A stretch of DNA of 45,826 nt from positions 1 through 45,826 of the forward strand of contig JBHIFL010000033.1 in the NCBI GenBank assembly GCA_046761065.1. The letters are read 5' to 3'. The notes beneath the pieces are model-generated. The model had not been told where the DNA came from and ran no database searches. It worked only from the letters and a program-made list of their open reading frames with translations. This stretch comes from Candidatus Heimdallarchaeota archaeon (lineage in GTDB: Archaea > Asgardarchaeota > Wukongarchaeia > Wukongarchaeales > JBHIFL01). Shown here piece after piece: positions 1 to 9,444 of this stretch; position 1 is the first letter of the stretch; every line of letters starts with the position of its first letter. A program made the position numbers and the translations under genes.

Positions 1-50
1 GCGAATTCGCCTCAAGCGCCTTTACCCCTCATACTCCGGGTAACAGAGTA

Positions 51-635
51 CTAGGTATACAACGCATCAATGAAAGTTTTAAGATATTGTTGTAAACTTC
101 GTTCTAATTCAGCTCGTGGAGGAAGCTCATCTTTAGGAATGGTTCGCTCAAAGAGGGCAAGTCGAGTGAAACTCTCAAAAAAGGTTGAAATAGCCGTTGG
201 TACTAGGTCAGGTTTCTCTTTAGGAGGGAGATGGCGCTTTTCCTCTTGTGCCGGTGCCAGTTCAACTATTGTAGTAAGCGGTTTAAGAGCTGAAGGGACG
301 CTTGGGGTGAGAACGCGTTCTTCTTCCTGGGGAAATTCTGCGATTGAAGCAAGCTTTGGTTCTTCATCTGCAAGAAGTGCGCGAATCACGTTCTGTCGCT
401 CATTCGGTTCGACATGCCGAATTCGGTACCTCAACCCCTCCGTTAGGTTCAGGTTTGCCGCTGTTCGGGCAACCAAGAACTTTTTCCTTACGTCAAGCGG
501 TCCTCGAAGGACCCACAGGTCTCTCCGCTGTTCATCCAAAATCAAAACGGCATCCAAGTTCTCTAAACGGGACTCATGGAGTTCAATTTCAATTGTTTCG
601 CCCGCATCAGTCACATGATACGCCTTCATTGCCAT
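51..635 (-). CDS. Single gelsolin-like domain protein with C-terminal extension
   Basis: 194-aa ORF with GGAG just upstream. The N-terminal LENLDAVLILDEQRRDLWVLRG..KKFLVARTA resembles the gelsolin core (L.S.D.FILD..I..W.G plus long helix), followed by a Pro/Glu-rich linker and helical tail. Confidence 0.55.
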   Translation of the reverse strand: MAMKAYHVTDAGETIEIELHESRLENLDAVLILDEQRRDLWVLRGPLDVRKKFLVARTAANLNLTEGLRYRIRHVEPNERQNVIRALLADEEPKLASIAEFPQEEERVLTPSVPSALKPLTTIVELAPAQEEKRHLPPKEKPDLVPTAISTFFESFTRLALFERTIPKDELPPRAELERSLQQYLKTFIDALYT

Positions 636-974
636 AACGACTCCTCCAGATCACCTTCATGGGAATATCGGACCCACTTATAAAAAAACCTTTAGTTAAT
701 CTAATTTCTGTTCTCTTATGTTGAGGTCAACGAGTATCCTTAAAAACCTCAACTCAAAGCGAAGAGCCTAGGACAAGTAAAAAGAGCCTTGAACAAGTTC
801 GTCATAGAAAAGGATCTAGGGTAAGGTCTTCTCCTTTTAACTCTATTCTGGGGCGAATCAAATCCCATATCACGGGTCCTAAAATCACGCCCTAAATAGA
901 TAGATATAATTTTTATGTCAGGTAAAAATTACAATTAGGTCTCGATAATGGAGTGGCTGCAAGTTAAGTGCTAA

Positions 975-1904
975 ATGCAGGACTTTTACCGAGGGCGTGC
1001 TTCTCCCATGATGGAAAAACGCTTCCTTCTCATGTTAAAGGTTCGACTGGATGGTTCCTACACCCCGATCCCTTTTCAAAAAGAGAATTTATCCTCAGAA
1101 AATGCCCTAATTATTATAGATGACTTGGCTGAGATCGTCTGGGTTTGGATCGGCTCGCTGATCTCATTTGTTCAACGCTCTATCGCAAGTCGCGCATCCA
1201 GTTACATTGCTAAATACGGGTACATGATTGACCAATTTAAAGTAGGCGCGGGGTTTACCCGTCGACTCATCGAAGAACAATTTTTTGAGGAAATCGACGC
1301 TCAAGAGGCTTATAACGACTTCTTCCAGCTCTTTGATCTGGAAAAAACAAAGCAAAATGGGTACTACACCGTTGAAGTTGAGGAACCGGTACGCGGCAGT
1401 ATCCTTGACAAAGCAGAATTTCAAGAGGCAAAACAAACAATGCAGTCATGGCTTGAAGAAGCGCTTTTAGTGATCGATGGCCTAGAAGAGCGCGGGGTCG
1501 CAGCAGAAGCGATTCCCGAACATGTAAAATCCATAGTAACGAGCCATCACCGAGATCGAGTCGGACATGTTCCACTCCATGAGATGGTAGGGTTAGAAGT
1601 TGGGGAAGCCGTAGAAGGGCCCTCGATCCCACAACTAACAAATGAACACCGCGAAGTGAGAGATGGGATTGTCTTTTCGGCTCTGCTCCAACTTCATCCT
1701 GATGGATATGTGGGACGAATTGTGGAGGCGGACAACAGCCGATCATTCATGCTCCTAGACGCGGGAGGTGATCTTATTGCTACCGTTCGGGTGCGATTCG
1801 ATGATACCGGTCGGATTCAAATTGACACGTATGATTTTAAAAGTGACGAATTTGAGAGTATCTTTCTTCGTAAGTTCGGTGAATTGACCTCTGTGGTTAT
1901 CTAG
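975..1904 (+). CDS. Gelsolin-like domain protein with additional C-terminal domain
   Basis: IPFQKENLSSENALIIIDDLAEIVWVWIGSLISFVQRSIA matches the gelsolin/villin repeat consensus. The true start may be a downstream ATG (1008-1032). Confidence 0.7.
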   Translation: MQDFYRGRASPMMEKRFLLMLKVRLDGSYTPIPFQKENLSSENALIIIDDLAEIVWVWIGSLISFVQRSIASRASSYIAKYGYMIDQFKVGAGFTRRLIEEQFFEEIDAQEAYNDFFQLFDLEKTKQNGYYTVEVEEPVRGSILDKAEFQEAKQTMQSWLEEALLVIDGLEERGVAAEAIPEHVKSIVTSHHRDRVGHVPLHEMVGLEVGEAVEGPSIPQLTNEHREVRDGIVFSALLQLHPDGYVGRIVEADNSRSFMLLDAGGDLIATVRVRFDDTGRIQIDTYDFKSDEFESIFLRKFGELTSVVI

Positions 1905-2198
1905 TCCAGTCCACAAGTATCAGTTACGTATCGCAGCTTGACTAACTCATATTCCCTTCACCCATGGAGGCGTTTGGGGTTACTTGGAGAGACACCTTAA
2001 CTGTATGCAACCAGACCCATTTTATCAATTGTGGAGATTCAATAGATCGTATAAAAACCGGGAACCCTTCCATGGAGAGGTAAAGGCCGGATTTACAAAG
2101 TAATAGATCCTCTAAACCACCCCACCAGTAATAAAACGATGGTTAATTATGCAACACCACCCATCAAAGATAATAAACCCTAATCCCCTCCTAAATCA

Positions 2199-4286
2199 TT
2201 GAATCACTTACTCTGCGAATCAATTAAGAGAACAAACAAGGAAAAAATAAAATTGAACACAAGAAAGAGGATCCTGCAATCGGATAGTGAACACCATACA
2301 AAGTATGAACGCATAGTGACTCAACATAGGAATGATAACCAAAAAAAAAGACCACTCCCTCCCATTAGAACCGGTCATGATGTCTTAGATCAGTATCTTC
2401 CTACTCCTGAGGAGCTCGCTGAAATAAAACGGGTTCAAAAATTCATCTCCGAGCAGCTACAAGAATTACTGAACCGTTGGGCTATACGGGGGACTTTGGT
2501 TTTTACTGGCTCCACGGCTCTAGGGACTTTCCTCCAGGGCGATACCGATATTGACCTCTTTGTTGTCGTGGATGTCGACACAGTTGAAGAATTTAAACAC
2601 GTGTTTAATCGGTTTGCGAACCTCAAGTGGATCCAAGACCAATATATCAAGCATGGCCACGAGCCGGATCGGGAGGCGATGGTTCACCGACTTGCGATCT
2701 GGAGTGGAACTGTAAAACTAACCCAGACTAAAAGATACCACCTCGATCTAATTGTTCTACCACGTGTGGGGGGACATGAAACCCATTCCCGCTTTGAAAC
2801 CCTAAGACATGTAGAATTCTTCAGCCGGAACTTAACCGCAGCACAGAAACAGGATGTTGTACGACTCAAGGCGCTCTTCAAGCTGGGGGGGATTTATGGG
2901 GCCGACCAATGGGGTATAAAGGGAGTGGATTGTCAAACCCTCATCTATAGACACAAGACCATTGAGGGGGCCTTAAGCTTTCTTTCAACCTTAACCCCTA
3001 GTTCTCAGCTCCTAGATCCCAGTTATGAAGAAGTTCGAATTGAACGTGATCTTTTCGTGACAATTTTCCAATCTCCTCTGGCACAACCTCGGTTAAAACA
3101 GATTCGCGAGATTTCAACCAACTATCTTAAGAAAAGAGAACTCCCTCCCCCCTTCGATAAGGAAGAATGGACCGCCCACCAGGCCAAGACCCGCCACGTC
3201 GTCATTAGCCTCCCGTCGCAAGGTCCTGATCGGGCTGAAACCTTTACAAAAGCCGTGAGTGTGACAACTCATGCGCTAAACCAAGTCAAAGGAATGGTTG
3301 AGGAACTTAGCGACCTCCAGGCAGATATTGATGCTCGCCTATTCGAGCAAACGACCCTCATAAGCTTTAAGCTCCACGAGATCACTCCCGTCATCCAACG
3401 CTCCCTCGACAAGAGAAAGCTTGCCCCACGGCAAAAAGCTCGATCGATTGCAACGTTCAAACGAAATAGCAAACAGCGTGCCCTCCCACCATTAATCACT
3501 GGGATACAGATCGCCGAGGACCCTCAGTCGGTCACGGTCGTTTTTCAGAGGAACCCCGTGTTTGCCCACTTCCTAGCCCGAAGAATTGTCCAGACCATGC
3601 TTGAACGAAAAGGATTCAAACTAGAACGCTGGGTTGAACCCCCCTTGAACTTCCAAACCATCCAAAAGCACTTCTACATCGATCCACAGGTTGATGAAAC
3701 CGCCATCCTAACCGATCTGGAAAGGTATAATGATCTTAATCAAGGTTGGGGCGATAACAAGAAGCGTCTCGCACATACCTTCGAAGTTTACTATACCCTC
3801 GCTGTGTACCTCCGGCTCCCCCACTTGCTTGGGATTCATGAAACAACTGTAAAACAAACTCTTGACTATTTCAGTCAGAAGCTTGACGGGATTCCCAAAT
3901 GCATCCTCACCCAGATCACAGCTCTCTATCACACTTGGGGGGAACACCCTCCTCCAATTGGAGATGAACAGGATATCTCTTCCTCCAGAGCACCCCTCAT
4001 CCCGGGTCGCTTTTTTCACGAAACGCTTGGTTCAAAGCTCGGTCTCACCCCCCGCCAGCTTAATTATGTGACAACACTCCTCATAGCCTTTAGCCATTTG
4101 CCATTTGACCCCGAGCCACACCATTTGACCCGATCCACCCCCCAATTGGGTGCTGACTTTCCCAGCCTTCTACTGCTCGTAATTGCTGATCACGTGGTTT
4201 TGAAACACACCACCGTATTCACCCTTCAACGCTTGGCACAGGTTTTAGACCATTTTTTTGCCTCTTGCGCAGATCCTTACATGTAG
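2199..4286 (+). CDS. Divergent class I (archaeal) CCA-adding-enzyme-like nucleotidyltransferase fused to a degenerate HD-like domain
   Basis: Pol-beta motif VFTGSTALGTFLQGDTDIDLF. DVVRLKALFKLGGIYGA resembles the CCA neck (EVRLLKxFLKxxGIYGA). C-terminal LAHTFEV...TALYHTWG resembles EHTLxV...ALLHDIG. Probable start is the in-frame GTG at 2316. Confidence 0.7.
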   Translation: MNHLLCESIKRTNKEKIKLNTRKRILQSDSEHHTKYERIVTQHRNDNQKKRPLPPIRTGHDVLDQYLPTPEELAEIKRVQKFISEQLQELLNRWAIRGTLVFTGSTALGTFLQGDTDIDLFVVVDVDTVEEFKHVFNRFANLKWIQDQYIKHGHEPDREAMVHRLAIWSGTVKLTQTKRYHLDLIVLPRVGGHETHSRFETLRHVEFFSRNLTAAQKQDVVRLKALFKLGGIYGADQWGIKGVDCQTLIYRHKTIEGALSFLSTLTPSSQLLDPSYEEVRIERDLFVTIFQSPLAQPRLKQIREISTNYLKKRELPPPFDKEEWTAHQAKTRHVVISLPSQGPDRAETFTKAVSVTTHALNQVKGMVEELSDLQADIDARLFEQTTLISFKLHEITPVIQRSLDKRKLAPRQKARSIATFKRNSKQRALPPLITGIQIAEDPQSVTVVFQRNPVFAHFLARRIVQTMLERKGFKLERWVEPPLNFQTIQKHFYIDPQVDETAILTDLERYNDLNQGWGDNKKRLAHTFEVYYTLAVYLRLPHLLGIHETTVKQTLDYFSQKLDGIPKCILTQITALYHTWGEHPPPIGDEQDISSSRAPLIPGRFFHETLGSKLGLTPRQLNYVTTLLIAFSHLPFDPEPHHLTRSTPQLGADFPSLLLLVIADHVVLKHTTVFTLQRLAQVLDHFFASCADPYM

Positions 4287-4622
4287 TCTGATATAAAAAT
4301 TCCACTCGCATCCCCAACGTCGCGAATATCTTATTTTCATAAAACCAAAGGTGAAACAACCCTTCAAACAACACCCCACAACTTTCGTGTACACGTTCAC
4401 GAGCTGCTCAACCTTTGCCAATCCAAACGTTAATATTTGCCCCTTTGGGGACCCCTTGCCTTCCCCATGGCCGGTTCCCTGCCCCTCCCCTGGGGTTCTT
4501 TGCTCCCCCGCTCCCTTGGCACACCAGGATTCTCTTCCCCCTTCCCTTTCTTCGTCTCCACTGATTACTATTAGGAAATAACGAAAGGATCGGACATAGT
4601 GCCTTCCAGCATCTCATGTCCC

Positions 4623-6467
4623 TCATTCCCAGTAAAACTTATGCGAACGCTGGACTTCCTTCACGGCTTCCTCCACATACCATCGTGTCATCTCACTCCC
4701 CTTCCCTTCACTTAAGACCTCCCGCAGCCTGGCGATGACGGGGGAAGGATCTTCCAACCTTCCTCCGATTCTCCCTATGGCTTCTACTGCTATATTACAT
4801 ACCAAAACGGATTCGTCCTGCAGAACCTCCAGCAGTGCCGCCACCGCTCTCGATAATGATTCTAAATCCCATTCGACTGCTCCAAGGATCTCCGCCGCCC
4901 TCGCTCGGTCTTTCTCGGTCCCCCCCTTCAAAATATCCACCAGTGCCTCCATGATAACCGGGATGTCCTCTAACTCCAATTGCCTCCCCATCTCGCCGAG
5001 AATCCCTGTCACAAAGCTCCGTACCTCTTCGCCTCCCGCCTTCCACAGCTTGCGGAGTGTGGGGAGCACCTGCAACGGCTCCTCGAACTGCGATAGCATC
5101 CTCCCACATACCTCCGCCGCCCAGATCTCCCTCTCCGGTAGCCACTCCTCCACCTTTTCGACCCTCAGAGACTCTAACATGCTCCTGAGACCTTCTCCCC
5201 CTTTTGGTCGCTCTCTGAGCTTCTTTGGCACCCAATCCTTCTCCACCTCCTCTTCCCCCTCCAGTTTCTCCCGAAACTCCTGCACCATGGACTCGGCCTG
5301 GACCACGCCACCCAACTTGCAAATGACCACTGCACTCACCCACCCCACCACCCTTCCCTCCTCGCGACCTGTGTACAATAACCTCCTCCCCAGCTGCTCC
5401 ACTATCTCCATCGGATTCGCCAACCGCCCGCATAAGGCCTCCAGTACCTCCGCCGCACCCCACCGCGCCTCTGGGTAGCCATAGTCGTATATCAACGTCC
5501 ACAGTGTCGAGATGGCTGTAGAGGTATCCTCCACCTCCAGCACCTCCTCTTTCCTCTTAATATTCTCTGCAATCGCCCGCAGGAGGTCTCTCGCTACATA
5601 TGTGTAATAATGGTGGAAGATGCTCCCAATTCCCTCGCCATACTGTGCGATCATGAAGACGGGATCCTCGACTCCCTTCGCCATCTCCATGAGCCCCTCG
5701 ATCGCTTTTCTTTTGCACCATGTCTCCGTTGATCCGTCGAGGAATGTTTGGCTGTACCCAAAAATTCCGAGGTACATACCCACCACCTGCGCACGTGCCG
5801 CGGGATCCTTCGCTTTTGGCCCTAGCTTCACAAGACCTGCCAATCCCAACCCTGTCTTTCCTTCCTCTTCTTCTTGATCCCAAATTTTGCAAAACAATGG
5901 GACAAGCTCCGAAGGCTCCTTTATTCTATCCATACTTTTTACGACTATCCTCTCAAGGGCGAATGTTTCTAGCTCTGAATAATCAGGGTGCCTCTCGATT
6001 TCTTCGATCAGTACGGCTATCACCGGCTCGAGATCCTCCACCTCCTCACTCCTCCACGCCATCGCTCGCGCCACCCCTGCACGGACCCTCCCCCTCTCCT
6101 CTCTCAAGGCCGCTTGTAGGACGGGGATTGCCCCGGAGATGTCCTCTAACCCCTTCACCATCTCGATGAAGGCATGAATTTCATCACCTTCCACCTCCTC
6201 GTGCAGCATGGATAGTCGCACTGCCACCTTGCGCGCGGTTTCTGCTCGGGGGTCTCCCAGCTCCTCCCCTGCCTCCGCCATCCCCTCCAGCGCCCTCCAC
6301 ACCGCCCCTCTCACTTGCCAACTCTCGTCCTGTACCGCTCGCTGTAATGCCCTTACCACCTCCTTTCGATCCTCCAGCCGCTTTCCAATCTCGCCTAGAG
6401 CCAAGGCCGCGCCCCTTCGCCTCGTTTTCTCTCCCTTCTTTAACTCCTCAATCAGCTGGGTTATCAC
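4623..6467 (-). CDS. HEAT-repeat (PBS-lyase-like) alpha-solenoid protein
   Basis: Recurring D.S..VR..AA.ALG.IG motifs (RRGAALALGEIG, DESWQVRGAVWRAL, DRARAAEILG, DESVLVCNIAVEAIGRIG). A possible true start at 6599 is interrupted by TAA (see findings). Confidence 0.8.
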   Translation of the reverse strand: MITQLIEELKKGEKTRRRGAALALGEIGKRLEDRKEVVRALQRAVQDESWQVRGAVWRALEGMAEAGEELGDPRAETARKVAVRLSMLHEEVEGDEIHAFIEMVKGLEDISGAIPVLQAALREERGRVRAGVARAMAWRSEEVEDLEPVIAVLIEEIERHPDYSELETFALERIVVKSMDRIKEPSELVPLFCKIWDQEEEEGKTGLGLAGLVKLGPKAKDPAARAQVVGMYLGIFGYSQTFLDGSTETWCKRKAIEGLMEMAKGVEDPVFMIAQYGEGIGSIFHHYYTYVARDLLRAIAENIKRKEEVLEVEDTSTAISTLWTLIYDYGYPEARWGAAEVLEALCGRLANPMEIVEQLGRRLLYTGREEGRVVGWVSAVVICKLGGVVQAESMVQEFREKLEGEEEVEKDWVPKKLRERPKGGEGLRSMLESLRVEKVEEWLPEREIWAAEVCGRMLSQFEEPLQVLPTLRKLWKAGGEEVRSFVTGILGEMGRQLELEDIPVIMEALVDILKGGTEKDRARAAEILGAVEWDLESLSRAVAALLEVLQDESVLVCNIAVEAIGRIGGRLEDPSPVIARLREVLSEGKGSEMTRWYVEEAVKEVQRSHKFYWE

Positions 6468-7676
6468 GTCCTCGACGGTATTGTCCGGGCTTGTTAATTG
6501 GTCTAGAAGTGGTTTTAATGCTTTTCCTAGGTCCCGCCCACCTTCCGCTGCGTACGTTTAGATCCATTCCCGAAGTCTCCTCCGCTCCTCCTCGTTCACC
6601 AGATCACGCTCCTCCTAAGAAGGATGTGGCGCTCCTGAACCCATCACATGAAACCCCCACACCCACCGATACCTCGTTCACAACTCGCACTGTCCCCTAA
6701 AAAAGCTTTCGCTGCTTCCATGGCTCTCATATCTAGCTCCCATAGTCTTAAGGTATCGCCCTCGCTTGATCGCTCCCCCTTCCTTAGGCCGCAACGGACC
6801 CCCCTCGAACTGATGCGGGATGGTGATTTCCCCACTTCACGTCCCCCCTATCCCCTCACAGGTGTGTGGAGTCCCTCTCTCTTCTCGCCTATCCCTCCCT
6901 CCCCTCCCCTTTCCCTCTTTCTGTTGCCACCCTCGGAGGAACCGTCCAATCCTATGCCTGATTGTTGTCTGTCACCGTAACCCTCCTCCACCCCTAAAGC
7001 CTCGCGTATCATATCTTCATAGTACCACTGATACAGCAATCCTTCTATCAACGCCCCGCTACTTTCGCGTACAGATTAGCCACCTGCTCAACTTTCGCAA
7101 GCCCAAAACGCAAATGTTTGTACCTTCGGGGATACCTTGCCTCCCCCGTGGACGATCCCCTGCTTCTCCCCTGGGATTCTTCACTTCCATGCTCTCTTGC
7201 CAAGCCAGGATTCGCTTCCCCCCTTCTTTATTTTTGTCGCCTCCACTGAAACGCCGAAACCTTTATTAATCAATCCGCGGAGGATGGGAACGGAGGAGCG
7301 CCCGAAATAATATGTTCTTGTTTGGCGTTTCCTCCCTCCCTCCCCCTCAGTATCCAGGGGCGGGGGGGGAAGCAAAGCGAAGAGGGATTGGAGAAGGATT
7401 TTAAGCAATTGAGAGAGTAAGAGGGGGCCACATCTGCGGGGAAATATTCAGCAGAAAGGAAAGAGAATGGGAAGACGAGCCTAGCATTCAGTCCATCGTT
7501 TCCAGGGGTATCCCAGTCGAGTAGGACGCTGCATATTCTATTCCTTTACAATTCCCAATCGTTTGAACTTTACGTCCTCAATTCCTCTATGGAAACATCT
7601 GCTAATGTGCATTTATAAACGATTTGGGAAAATACCATTGAGAATGCAGCATTCATATAATGTGGTGTCATTTATT

Positions 7677-7744
7677 TTTATAAGCTTTGAACAGCACACA
7701 CTATTTCATTACTATAGGTATGTAATTCCTTTATAAGCTTTGAA
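7677..7744. repeat. 15-bp direct repeat TTTATAAGCTTTGAA x2 in an AT-rich intergenic region
   Basis: Exact copies at 7677-7691 and 7730-7744. Confidence 0.7.
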
Positions 7745-7886
7745 AACTGCAAACAAAAGAGTTTTATTGTGAAAAGGGGGTAAATTCAAGTTATTGTATC
7801 TACAATTGTTAGCGTTCATATCATCTCTTGCGTCGTCGAAAACGACAATAAAGCAACGTTAGACAGCAAAAACCGGAGGAATTGCG

Positions 7887-8756
7887 TTGGGGAAGGCAAG
7901 AAAGGATCGACTAAAGTTTGTTCGATGGATCATTCGATATGGAGGGAGAATTTACACAATGCTATTCGTTTTGATTCTCCTGGTATTCATCCTGACTTGG
8001 TGCGGCGCGTACCGCCAGTACGTTGGGGGTTGGGAGGTGTTACTCGTTTTGGTTGGGGGGGTCGTCTGTGTGGCACTTGATAGGCGCATCAGGGGGGTTC
8101 CATGGCATTGGCGGGGGCTACCCCTCGGGGACCACAAGGGCGTCATAGGTCTTTTTGACAGGCGTCCAAAAAATCGGTTGCTAATTTTATTCGGGCTCTT
8201 CATCGCCACAGGCGTGGTTGTCCACACAGTAAATATCCAGCCGATGGGGGGATGGATGCGGCAGTGGCTGTTCCCGTGGGGATTGATCCTCCTCGGGGTA
8301 ATTACAGCCGGAGTGTATCTGTGGCAGGGTTCCGACACGCTCTTTTCAAAGCAAACGAATCAATCGGGGGCATCCCCCTTTGGCGGGATCGTCTCAGGGG
8401 TATTTCTGGCACTAGGGCTTTCACTATGTTATCACTACCGATATCTGGATGATCCCTATTCCCTAGGGTGGGTGCTACTGCTCTGGGGTGTGTTGAGTGG
8501 GGTTGTGGCGTCTCAAGGCCCGACAAGGGGCGATGCATCAGACACCGATGCTCCGAGTACGAAGGAATGTACAGCCAAACCCACGACAAAAGGGCAATCT
8601 GATGGGAAAGCCAAGTTGATTGTGAGTCTGGCTGTGGGCTTGGTGGTGAGTGTAGCGAGCCACTCACAAAATGGTGCGCAGCTTACAAAACCAAAGGCGT
8701 TTCCTAACTATTATTCGTGTGGAGGACATCGATCAAGGTTCTCACAAATTTCATAA
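7887..8756 (+). CDS. Multi-pass membrane protein of unknown function, probably 3'-truncated
   Basis: About 7 hydrophobic segments and GGGAGG upstream of the TTG start. The last ~18 codons run antisense into the neighbouring NTase gene. Confidence 0.6.
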   Translation: MGKARKDRLKFVRWIIRYGGRIYTMLFVLILLVFILTWCGAYRQYVGGWEVLLVLVGGVVCVALDRRIRGVPWHWRGLPLGDHKGVIGLFDRRPKNRLLILFGLFIATGVVVHTVNIQPMGGWMRQWLFPWGLILLGVITAGVYLWQGSDTLFSKQTNQSGASPFGGIVSGVFLALGLSLCYHYRYLDDPYSLGWVLLLWGVLSGVVASQGPTRGDASDTDAPSTKECTAKPTTKGQSDGKAKLIVSLAVGLVVSVASHSQNGAQLTKPKAFPNYYSCGGHRSRFSQIS

Positions 8757-9444
8757 TGCCTCTTCTTTCAGAATGGGACAATCTTAAACCTGTGAGGCTG
8801 AACCACAATTTTTCTAACTCACTCTTTCTGATAAGATTTGCATAATTCCTAAGTTGAGAAATTATATGGCTCCTAAGACCCGATGCCTTGCATTGGTCTG
8901 ACAGAGTTTTTTTATCAACTTCGTCTCCTTTATCGATTATTAGAGATGTAATATCGACAATATCCTTTGTTCGCCCTCTTGGAATCAGCTTGAGTAAGAA
9001 CATGGGTTCAATCGCTGCTACTGGTCCGTCTACAGCAAAGGGTTCCGATTCTTCATAATATCCTTTCATAACTAGATTTCTAGCCTTTTCGAAGAATTCA
9101 TCGGTAACAGAAAAGGTAAATCCCGTAGAGATATCAAAGACTTCACCAACACTTATATGAAGGTCGATGTAACCATTGTCAAATTTTTTTCTTCCAGCAA
9201 CACCGAATTCAGTAGTTCGATAATCATATCCTAGGTTACGAAGTAGAGCCTTGAATCTACCTAAAGCTTCCCTTTTGGTCACTAGATCGATGTCCTTAGT
9301 AAACCTGTAACCTCTAGTGTAGGCTCTAACAGCATATCCACCTATCACAACTACCTGTATTCCCCATTTCGTTGCTTCTTTGCACAGCCTGTGAAGGTCT
9401 CGGAGGCTAGCAATCTCCACATCGATATCGCTCAGCATGCTCAC
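8704..9444 (-). CDS. AbiEii/DUF1814-like nucleotidyltransferase, putative type IV TA toxin
   Basis: VVVIGGYAVRAY...RFTKDIDLV (GG..A and T.DID motifs) plus LLKL...R.KD..D. Overlaps the upstream gene by 4 bp. Confidence 0.75.
   Translation of the reverse strand: MSMLSDIDVEIASLRDLHRLCKEATKWGIQVVVIGGYAVRAYTRGYRFTKDIDLVTKREALGRFKALLRNLGYDYRTTEFGVAGRKKFDNGYIDLHISVGEVFDISTGFTFSVTDEFFEKARNLVMKGYYEESEPFAVDGPVAAIEPMFLLKLIPRGRTKDIVDITSLIIDKGDEVDKKTLSDQCKASGLRSHIISQLRNYANLIRKSELEKLWFSLTGLRLSHSERRGIMKFVRTLIDVLHTNNS

Noticed and set aside
917-926. GTCAGGTAAA matches half of the TA operator (reverse complement)
   Set aside because: The second arm is missing, and a 10-mer match can arise by chance.
4735-7408. 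Many Ser/Pro-rich or Gly/Arg-rich ORFs overlapping or upstream of the HEAT gene
   Set aside because: Shadow frames caused by the extreme C/G strand skew; no motifs.
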